Assembly: GCF_006345805.1 (NCBI RefSeq)
Contig: NC_043008.1
Location: forward strand, 11,718,001-11,782,000
Source: Octopus sinensis
Lineage: Eukaryota
Length of the DNA: 64,000 nt
Direction of reading: 5' to 3'
Shown piece by piece: positions 54,195 to 64,000 of the stretch. Position numbers and translations under genes: made by a program. The number at the start of each line of letters is the position of its first letter. Position 1 is the first letter of the stretch. The notes beneath the pieces were generated by a model that saw only the letters and a program-made list of their open reading frames with translations, did not search any database and was not told the DNA's origin.

Positions 54195-54830
54195 ATTCTA
54201 TGTTTGATTTTGCTTTATATTTGTACAAGTTGGCTTCAAGTCTCATCCAGAGACCTCAAGAGACAACAGGTTGGAAGTTCACGTTGTTGTTATGCCTAGT
54301 GTGACATATATTTGGGTTTTTTTGGTGTTGTACTAGTGAATGTCTAATAAATAAATTTTTAAAAAAGTTTGTTTTAAACCTTGAGATTACATAGAGAGTA
54401 TTTTGCGTAGTATATGAGCCGTTCCCATGAGCACTATCTTTTGAATCTCTGCCATTTTGGGGTTTCCTGGTATCTGAGTTAGGTAGCAATCAGCCCCTTT
54501 CGCTATCATTCCCAGGGCACCTATGACAACAGGTATTGTTTTAGTCTTCAGGTTCCACATTTTGCTGATTTCTTTTTCAAGATCTTTATATTTGCTCAGT
54601 TTTTGGTAGGTCTTGACAGATACGTTTATATCGATTGGGACAGACATATCAATGAGGAGGCATGTTGTGTGTCTGAAGTCTTTCAATATGATGTCTGGCC
54701 TGTTTGCATCTATCTTTCAGTCAGTTTGAATGGTGAAGTTCCAGAGGAGTGAGATGTGGTCATTTTCAAGCACTGGAGGTGGATTGTGTTCCCACCAGTT
54801 TTTTTTCATCGGGCAAATCCAGGTTTTTGC
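54195..54830 (-). mobile_element. R4/Dong-type LINE, 5'-truncated 3' end (RLE domain and 3' UTR) inside (TAA)n
   Basis: WWEHNPPPVLENDHISLLWNFTIQTD*KIDANRPDIILKD...LLIDMSVP...KLSKYKDLEKEISKMW...PVVIGALG...MGTAHILRKILS; both ends abut (TAA)n. Confidence 0.92.
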
Positions 54831-54856
54831 AATTATTATTATAATTATTATTATTA

Positions 54857-54923
<67 letters not shown>

Positions 54924-56721
54924 CAGTATTATCATTATTATTATTATTATTATTAATATTTTTCTCTCAAATTTGTTTCCATTTATTGCCAGGTGGTCTT
55001 CCGACACCTGGGGTAGAGAACCTCACCGCATAAATTGATAGACCTTAAAATAAAGAGACGAAAGTGTTCAGTTACAATATGCAATTATTTTGAAAGAGAA
55101 TATTAACACCAAAATCAAATGCAGTTAGGTTAAAAGAGAATATTTACATGCGTGGTGATCGTTCTTACAGCATTAAGGTACTTCGCACTACGTGTAGCGT
55201 ACCAGTTAAAAAAATATTTTGCTCTTCGTACATCGATGGTAAGCCAGGGATATTTCTCAAATATTTTTCAGTTCTTTTTTTATATCACTCCAAGTGATCC
55301 TATAATCACTGGTATTTTAACCGTCTTCAGTTGCCATATATTTTTCAATTCAATGAGGAATTTTAAAATATTTTCTGAACATATTAAATTCTGTTGCCCA
55401 TATATTATGATTACAAGAAATGCTAATAACCATCATTAATCCGTGGAACGATCTGGAAATCATATGTGCAACATCCTAACCACCAGGACATTCACGTTCG
55501 CTTTGTATATATGGACAGGGACGTATTTCCCAGACTTAGAAATTGAAAAATCACAGAGAACAGTCAACAAAGATTTACAACTATCAACGATTTGATGCAT
55601 GACAATAAGTCTTCAGAGAATTTGGCGTAATGTAACAATCATATCTAACGAGTAAAATATATTATTCACATTTGAATCGAGAACAAAATGTAGCATACAA
55701 GAAGATATTCGACGTGGATAGCTTTGACGAAGATGAAGTAAAGCCGAGGGTGTTAGATGCTCCAGAACTAGTTAAGTTTGTGAAGAAAATTGTCGAAAAA
55801 GGTGTAAGTTAAAAGTATCGAGAGGAATCCAAGTAATTCGTGAGACCGCTCACCAGAATATTACGCAACAGTATATTGATAGTAGTGGGTAATAAAGTAG
55901 TTTAAGAATTGTCCACGGAAAATAAGAAAAGAGGGAGCAGTGTACATCTTGGTTGAATAATTGGATACAAAAGCATTTGAGAGGCTTTAAAATGTATATA
56001 TATATATATATGTGTGTGTGTGCGTGTGTGTGTGTATATATAGCTGTGGGGTGTAATTTGAAACAATGGAAGATAAACAAATTGTAGGAAAAAGAAAATA
56101 AAGGTATAACGTAAGTAAAAATTGATTTGGGGTAACAGTCGAAACACGAAAGCACAGAGTAAAATAAAACTGTCAAGATAGAAAATAGACAACCATGTTA
56201 AGCAAAATCGCCTTTTTTCAAACCAATCAGAAACGTCTATTTGATATGCGTGAAGGAAATGAGAGAAGGAACTGCGTACGACCGGATGCTGAAGAAAGTA
56301 ATTTAGTTGGGGGCCAACTTTGGGGGTGAAATGCCAGATGAATTAATAAAACGCAGCAGATAAAGTAAGTGGGAAATTACAGCAAAAGTTTAGAGGCGTA
56401 GAAAGCTGTTATCACGAAAACAAATGTTCGAAAGTAATTAAAAAAGGTAGGACAGTGGAAACGAAGACGACCAGATCCGGGCTATGGGTACTGGTGAAAA
56501 GTGTTTACGAATTTCTAGGAAGCCATATTGATATAACTAAAATACTGCCCGTCAAAAGTAGTTTCACTACTGTTTTTAAAAGTGAAAGGATCTGACTAAT
56601 AGTGAACAATTAATTAAAATGAAACGCTGGCTCAATTTACTAACCAATTAAATTACTCCCATGTGCATTCGGTTTTGAAATGAAATCATGCACTAATTTA
56701 AGAAAACTGTATAATATTAAT

Positions 56722-56893
56722 TTCAAATTTTGGGGAAGGATAAGTCGATGATATCGACCCCAGTTCTTAAATGGTAATTATATTATTGACCTCGAAAGAA
56801 TGAACGGTAAATTCGATGTTGGCGGAATTTGAACTTAGAACGATAAGAGGGACGAAATGCCGCTAAGTATTTGCCTGGCGTGCTAACGATTCG
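56722..56893 (-). mobile_element. SINE B, tail variant 2, degenerate
   Basis: tttcaaattttggggaagg.taagtcgat...ggcggaatttgaact...gcgtgctaacgattc. Confidence 0.8.
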
Positions 56894-57089
56894 AACCCAC
56901 TGAAACGTCAATACTTTTTAAAGGTATTGGGAGTACCGTGCGAGATTGTTATCGTAGAAAAATAAGACTTGGTGGGAACTGCACCAGTTTTAAGGAATGT
57001 ATTATCTATATGAGGTTCTTGTTGTTACTTGAAAGATGTCTAAATACAAAGGGTGCATTTTCCCTCTACACTGCGTGAAAAAATAATAA

Positions 57090-57133
57090 TGACGATCATG
57101 ATGATGATGGTGATGAAGGTGAAGGTGATGATG

Positions 57134-57182
<49 letters not shown>

Positions 57183-57280
57183 AATGACGATGATGATGAA
57201 GATGAGGATGATGATGATGATGATGATGAAGGTGATGATGATGATGATGTTGATGATGATGATGACGGTGATGATGATAT
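57090..57280. repeat. (GAT)n microsatellite
   Basis: Direct reading. Confidence 0.97.
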
Positions 57281-57859
57281 TGGTTTCAAATCCTGGTACA
57301 AGGTCAGCAGTTCGTCAATGAAGGAACGCCGCATAGGGCGCCCAAACGTTCCCACAGATCCCGCGTCAACCTCTGGCCATGATTACTCCTCTCTTTTCTA
57401 TAGTGTACAACTTACAGGTACATATTAAGTGTAGGTTCAGTCTCCCAGACCATTCGCGTTACGTTCCGGCAGAATTTTACAAATCTATTTCGGGGCAGCA
57501 CATTACACTCCGCCCTCAATTGCACTTGAAGTGTGAAAACGTCGACGAAAGTCCGCTCAAAATGGAAGGCATCTGCACACAGTTCCTTTAGTGGCATCTA
57601 CCATAAAAAAAAAATGAAATAAAAAATCATGGGTAGGAGGAGAAAGAATAGGAAGAACAAGCCTGCGCTTTGTATGTTTATTTAGATATAAGAGAGCAAC
57701 ACCACTCATATAGAATATCCTTCGATTTCAAAATAATCCAAGATCCCGGAAAAATCCCTCGATTATATTTTTTAATTCCATAAGGCTTTAGCTTTGAAAA
57801 AGTATCACGCCCCGCAGCTACGACAACCACCAACGATACGGCTAATAAAAACAACGTGA

Positions 57860-58336
57860 AGAACAACAACAGCAATAAGAATAACAACAGTAAAAAAAAA
57901 AACAGCGGCAATAAGAGCTACTATAATAACGATTATTATGAAGAAGGTAATAGTGATGATGATGATGATGATGATGACAAGAACGACGATGATGGCGATG
58001 AAGATGTTAATGATAATAAAAAATGTAATGATGATCACGATGATGACGATGATGACATTAATTGTGATAATAACGCTGGTGATGATGATGATGATGTTGA
58101 AGGTGGAGGAGATAATGGTGATGATGATGATGATGAAGATGTTGATGGTGGTGGTGATGATGGTGATGGTGATGGTGAAGGTGGTGATGATCATGATGGT
58201 GGTGGTGATGATGATGATGATGGTGAATGTTGTGATGATGATGATGATGATGATTATGAAGATGAAGGTGGTGGTGATGATGATGATGATAATGGTGATG
58301 ATGATGACGATGGTGATGTTGAAGGTGGTGGTGATT

Positions 58337-58368
<32 letters not shown>

Positions 58369-58369
58369 A

Positions 58370-58422
<53 letters not shown>

Positions 58423-58535
58423 GGTGGTGGTGATGATGGTGATGATGATGTTATTGAATATGATGATAATGATATTAAGGATGATCTTGAAGATGATGAT
58501 GATGAGGATGAAGTGGAGGTGGAGGTGGATTAGAA
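57860..58535. repeat. (GAT/GGT)n compound trinucleotide tract
   Basis: Direct reading; source of the poly-Asp and poly-Met ORFs. Confidence 0.95.
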
Positions 58536-59224
58536 GGATGACAATGACGATAGTTATGTTTAGTTTCCTTATCGTAAATAACTGCCTAAAATTAAATATC
58601 TGTAAACAGAGATAGCAACTGTGTGTCGGACTAAAAGAAAACAATTCCTCAAGTAAATTGCTGTATTGGGAATAATCAAAAAAGAGAACGCAAGTTAAAT
58701 ATAGGACCAAAATCGCCGTGAAGTACGCGTAAACACAGTACGCAGGAAAAACAAAAACATTTCTAGATAATGCACGCACATTAAGACGAAATGTGTCTAT
58801 GATCGAACGCGATAAAAAAAAAGGGGGAATAAACATGACAACATCCTCATTGTTTTTAATGTGTCTGTGACTGCCAGTATCTACGTCCACCCGTTTAAAT
58901 GTATGAAGGGTGTGATTTGCTTTTGATTTCAATCATATTTCCTGCAGACCATCAAACGGCGCTGCTAGAAAAAGCAAAGAGTGAGAAAAATTTGCTGACA
59001 TATTGTTTTGTAGTGTGTGTGTGTGGGAGTCTGTGTGTATGTATCTATCGGTGTATGATTAAGAGAAAAAAACATTTGATTCATAAAACGGTCATTACAG
59101 TATTATTGGAGTTGGGTATTTTCAGAAATATAACACAGACTTACGGAAGGATGAGTTCATTGTAGGTATGAGTGAGGAAAGTTTCAGAAGTTTTATAATA
59201 TCAGGCTATGTTTCGTATCACATA

Positions 59225-59573
59225 TATATATGTGTGTGTGTGTGTGTCTGTGTGTGTGTATATGTGTGTATATATGCACACATTCACACACACATATGCG
59301 CACAGCGAGTGAGAAAGGTACACACCTGTATTTGTGTGAACGCATTTATATATCTACCTCTCTCTATATATATGTGTGTGTATGTATATATATGTATATA
59401 TACAATCATATATATATATGTATGTTTGTGTGTATATGTATATATACGTGTGTGTAAACATGTATGTATATATGGGTGTGTATGTATGTATATATATGTG
59501 TATGTGTCTGTATATATGTATATATATATATATACATATATATGTGTGTGTGTGTATGCATCTATATTTATAT

Positions 59574-59611
<38 letters not shown>

Positions 59612-59665
59612 TATATATATATATATACATACATACATACATACATATATGTCTGTGTGTGTGTA
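59225..59665. repeat. Degenerate (TG)/(TA)n tract
   Basis: Direct reading. Confidence 0.95.
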
Positions 59666-59900
59666 TGTATTTATGTGCTGTGTATATTCCACTAAGAGAC
59701 AAAGCATTTCTTATGGAAAGACAGAAATCCGGGATCAGGAATTATCCAGTAATTTTTTCCTAGTTTATTTTGTCGTTTTGTCTTCTCCCCTGGTGTTGTA
59801 TGAACTTTTAATGCGGTTTTAGAGTCAAGGTTTGGCTGTTATTTCAAGCGTGGTGGTATCTCTTAAATAACGATCTTATCCTTATATATAAATATATATA

Positions 59901-60290
59901 GGCGCAGGAGTGGCTGTGTGGTAGGTAGCTTGTTTACCAACAACATGGTTCCTGGTTCAGTCCCACTGCGTGGCACCTTGGGCAAGTGTCTTCTACTATA
60001 GCCTCGGGCCGACCAAAGCCTTGTGAGTGGATTTGGTAGACGGAAACTGAAAGAAGCCCGTCGTATATATGTATATATATATATGCGTGTGTGTCCTCCT
60101 AGCATTGCTTGACAACCGATGCTGGTGTGTTTATGTGCCCGTTACTTAGCGGTTCGGCAAAGGAGACCGATAGAATAAGTACTGGGCTTACAAAAGAATA
60201 AGTCCCGGGGTCGAGTTGCTCGATTAAAGGCGGTGCTCCAGCATGGCCGCAGTCAAATGACTGAAACAAGTAAAAGAAAGAAAAAGAAAA
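59901..60290 (+). mobile_element. SINE A, full length
   Basis: Family consensus match with an aaaga-repeat tail. Confidence 0.95.
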
Positions 60291-60900
60291 GAAAGAAATA
60301 AGAGGACGGTGTAGTGGGACTGAAACTGAAACCACAAGTTTCATAACAATACAACCATTATAACCATGCGTACCCCTCTTTAGATGCCTTAATATATGTG
60401 AGACATGGCAAGAGTGAATCGAGTCTGAGGAGACAGTCACATTGATAAATTTTATTGATGATAATATAGAGAACGTGAATGGGACTGTTGTTCTGCGCGG
60501 TTAATTAATTCAGATTCGTGACTGATGAGGAAATAGGAGCGCTGGGATTAAGAAGGCGAAATACATTGACACGCATGGCTACCATGATGTTCTCAAGTGT
60601 TACAAAGGGACAACTGTATTCTTTTCCCGCTTTATACTTGACCGTCTGTTTGCGTCGACAACTATATAACGGGACATACAGATATCTTATCAAAAATATA
60701 GAAATCAAAAATTCTAAAGCAGAAGCTGTGAAGAATACAAACAAAGCGAAAAAATTACGTGGAGCAGTTGGGGTCTCTTTCCAATAAGGAAAGGGGAGGC
60801 TTTTAGTCCCTTATCGAATTAGCTTGATCAGCTCCCTTCACGGAAAGCTATTAAGCCGATTTAGTGCATATATTTAACAGCCCTCCACTGTGTTGTTAGT

Positions 60901-61263
<363 letters not shown>

Positions 61264-61575
61264 GAAGGCGTAGTGGCGGTTGTTGTTTTTGGAAAATGCA
61301 CATCTAGACATTTGACTTAACGTTTTATAATACGGAAATTCAACAACGGTGTTAATGCGATTCTGCGCACTTGCTTGTGTATGTGTGGGTGTGTGGAGGG
61401 GGTAGAACAAGGGGTACGGGTGCACATGTGCACGTGCCCGCATGTGTGTATGTGTCTGTATGCATGCCTGCGCAAATGTGTATGTATGTGTGTGTGTGTG
61501 CGCGCATGTGTTTGTGTGTATTTATTTGTGTGTGTGTGTGTGTCTATGTATATGCATGCATACGTATGGGTAGAT

Positions 61576-62066
61576 GTGAGCAGGAGTGGCTGTGTGGTAA
61601 GTAGCTTGCTCACCAAACACATGGTTCTGGGTTCAGTCCCACTGCGTGGCATCTTGGGCAAGTGTCTTCTGCTATAGCCCCGGGCCGACCAATGCCTTGT
61701 GAGTGGATTTGGTAGACGGAAACTGAAAGAAGCCTGTATACATAATATATATATATATATATATAATATGTGTGTGTATATGATTGTGTGTGTATATTTT
61801 TTGTGTGTCTGTGGTGGTCCCCTAGCATTGCTTGACAACCGTCGTATATATATATATATAATATATATATATGCGCGTATGTCTCCTAGCATTGCTTGAC
61901 AACCGATCCTGGCGTGTTTACCTCCCCGTCACCTAGCGGTTCGGCAAAAAGAGACCGATAGAATCAGTACTGGGCTTACGAAGAATTAGTCCCGGGGTCG
62001 ATTTGCTCGACTAAAGGCGGTGCTCCAGCATGGCCGCAGTCAAATGACTGAAACAAGTAAAAGAGT
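61576..62066 (+). mobile_element. SINE A with an internal duplication (cctagcattgcttgacaaccg x2)
   Basis: Consensus match; duplicated segment at ~61821 and ~61885. Confidence 0.93.
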
Positions 62067-62069
62067 ATA

Positions 62070-62795
62070 TACATGTATGTGTGTGTGTGTGTGTGTGTGT
62101 GTATTACCTTGTGTCTGTATGTGTCTATGTTTATGCATGCGTATGTATGAGTAAACGTGTTTGTGTGCGTTTACATGTTTGCGTGTGTATGTCTGTGTAT
62201 GTGTATGTATGTGCGGGTATGTGTATGTGTATGTGTATGTGTATGTATGTGTGTACATGTGTGTCTTGCGAGTCTTCGTGTGTGTTTGCGTGTGTGCATG
62301 TGTGTGCATGTGTCTGTGTGTGTACGTGTGAGTCTATGGGCGTGTGTACGTGTGTATATGTATGTGTATAAGCATGTATAAATGTTTGTGTATGCGTATG
62401 TATGTGTGTATGTAAGTGTTTATGCGTGTGTATGTGTGTGTATACATGTGTGTGTGTTGCTAGTCTTTGTGTGTATTTGCGTGTGTATATGTGTGTATGT
62501 GTCTGTCTGTGTACGTCTGTGTTTATGTGTCTGTGTATACGTGTGTGTATGTGCGTATCTATGTGTGTGTACCAGTGTGTCTATGTGTGGTGTATGTATA
62601 CGTGTCTGTATGTGCGTGTGTACGAGTGTGTATATTGTGTGTATGTGTGTGTGTTTTTTGCTAGTCTTTGTGTGTATTTACGTGTGTGTATATGTGTATG
62701 TGTGTGTATGTGTGTGCTCGATGTCTTTGTGTGCATTTGCGTGTGTATGCTAGTGTTTATAATTGGATTTTCAGTGTGTGTGTGTGTGTGTGTGA
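62070..62795. repeat. Cryptic (TG)n/(TGTA)n tract with a recurring gctagtctttgtgtgtattt motif
   Basis: Motif variants at ~62266, ~62459, ~62659 and ~62718. Confidence 0.9.
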
Positions 62796-62872
62796 TTGTG
62801 TGCCTCTATATAACGCTTTTGTTCATTGCAGAAGCTGTGACGCTCTCTCGTTGGTTGTTTGGTTTATGTTAA

Positions 62873-62972
62873 NNNNNNNNNNNNNNNNNNNNNNNNNNNN
62901 NNNNNNNNNNNNNNNNNNNNNNNNNNNNNNNNNNNNNNNNNNNNNNNNNNNNNNNNNNNNNNNNNNNNNNNN
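62873..62972. other. Assembly gap (100 N)
   Basis: Run of N. Confidence 1.
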
Positions 62973-62997
62973 ACGATGATTAATAACGATTAAATCT

Positions 62998-63140
62998 AGA
63001 TTTCGGTACAAGGCCAGATGTTTTAGAGAGAAAGAGTTAAGTTGATTCCATTATATCCAGTACTTGACTAGTATTTTATTTTAGGGACCCCAGAGGAATG
63101 AATAGTATACTTGACTTCGAGGGGAATTGATCGCAGAACA
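62998..63140 (-). mobile_element. SINE B, tail variant 2, very degenerate
   Basis: tttcggtacaaggccag...gacccc.gaggaatgaa...gaattga.cgcagaac. Confidence 0.55.
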
Positions 63141-63457
63141 ATTAAACTGTGGTAGACAGGACTCCTTATTCACAGTGGTGACAACCTGTCAATGTCAAAC
63201 GGGTCCAAACCTGGGATGAAGGTGAATAAATCGTGAATCGGGACTTAACTCCGGAACAATATTTGGATGAAGGTATGGGACCATATGACGCTCACCTGTC
63301 TCCTAATGGGAATTAAGACCATGGCCCTCAACATACAGAAACGCAAAGGGACCAGGCCAAGCTTAAGGGTAGTCTTGGTAGACAGTTTTACTAGAGATGG
63401 TGTCTCGATAAAAATAAAGGTTGGCGGTTAACCTTAAAGCACGTACCTCAATGTTGA

Positions 63458-64000
63458 GTGAAAATGTCTTATACAAATGTATCAAATAACGATGTTAGCG
63501 TGAGTGGAACGAAAGGTGAAAGCCTTTTGCCGGGCAGGTGTCTTGTGGTTAAACAGCGCAGGCCGGGTCGTCATCCAGAAACTGTTTGTAAACAACGCCA
63601 GAGGCAGAGAAAAAGGTGGGATAAGGAAGCAAACCGAACGGTAATTGAATGCTCGATCAGGAGTGAACCCAGCAGATGGGGATTCCGACAACGAATGAAA
63701 GCAAAATGGAATGAGATAGGACGCTTCGAAACAAGTAAGCAATGGTTAACCGATCAGGCGAGAGCAATAAGAGCAAAAGGTCGGTTAAAGCCATGGCAAT
63801 TGAAGAGATAAAAAGGCAAGTTGAAAATAGATAACGCGCCGAGTGAGAACAGGAAAACGAAAGGTGGCAGTGAAGGCAGAGCAAAGTGTAAATGTAAATG
63901 CATTCTCTGCAAATGAATCAGAAGTAATAGGAAGAGCTATATTACAAGAATGCGATGATAAGCAACAAGTCATAGTGAGAATGCTGTGCTGATATATTAG
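63458..64000 (+). mobile_element. R4/Dong-type LINE 5' region (ORF N-terminus), degenerate, continues beyond the window
   Basis: RKRWDKEANRTVIECSIRSEPSRWGFRQRMKAKWNEIGRFETSKQWLTDQARAIRAKG...(frameshift)IEEIKRQVE matches the R4/Dong N-terminal pattern W...N..V.ECY..S.P...GYR.RM...W...EQRL.DQ.R.I. Confidence 0.75.

Noticed and set aside
57856-58533. 225-aa poly-Asp/Gly ORF resembling acidic shell-matrix proteins
   Set aside because: It is a (GAT/GGT)n tract, which is automatically open in the Asp and Met frames; no signal peptide or unique domain
60515-60570. CUGAUGA...CGAAA hammerhead-like spacing
   Set aside because: The intervening sequence cannot form stem II beyond one pair, and stems I and III are absent

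Overview
Repeat-saturated, AT-rich eukaryotic DNA. The SINE families and microsatellite load look like an octopod cephalopod genome (recognised from memory, not by a search). No intact host gene can be supported; only a few weak single-exon candidates were found. Nearly all ORFs in the supplied track are microsatellite artefacts or transposon remnants. LINE-type content: two near-identical young 5'-truncated L1/Tx1-type LINEs inside (TCTA)n tracts, four R4/Dong-type fragments (three beside (TAA)n), an RTE-type 3' end, a CR1/L2-type 3' end and a Penelope GIY-YIG remnant. Other mobile DNA: two Tc1/mariner relics, four non-autonomous Helitrons, three tRNA-derived SINE families (here A, B, D; about 30 copies) and a non-coding ~576-bp element found four times between (AAT)n tracts. 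There is also a 147-bp x6 satellite and a 100-N gap. Most interesting observations: (1) hammerhead-ribozyme motifs in small Penelope-type elements, one with a fully canonical core at 43413-43509 (-); (2) apparent (TCTA)n targeting by the Tx1 family, whose 3' tail is shared with SINE B; (3) fixed-junction SINE B multimers; (4) an (AAT)n-restricted non-coding element next to Dong fragments; (5) a twin-priming-like inversion in an RTE insertion. Coordinates of degenerate repeats are approximate (about +/-20 bp).
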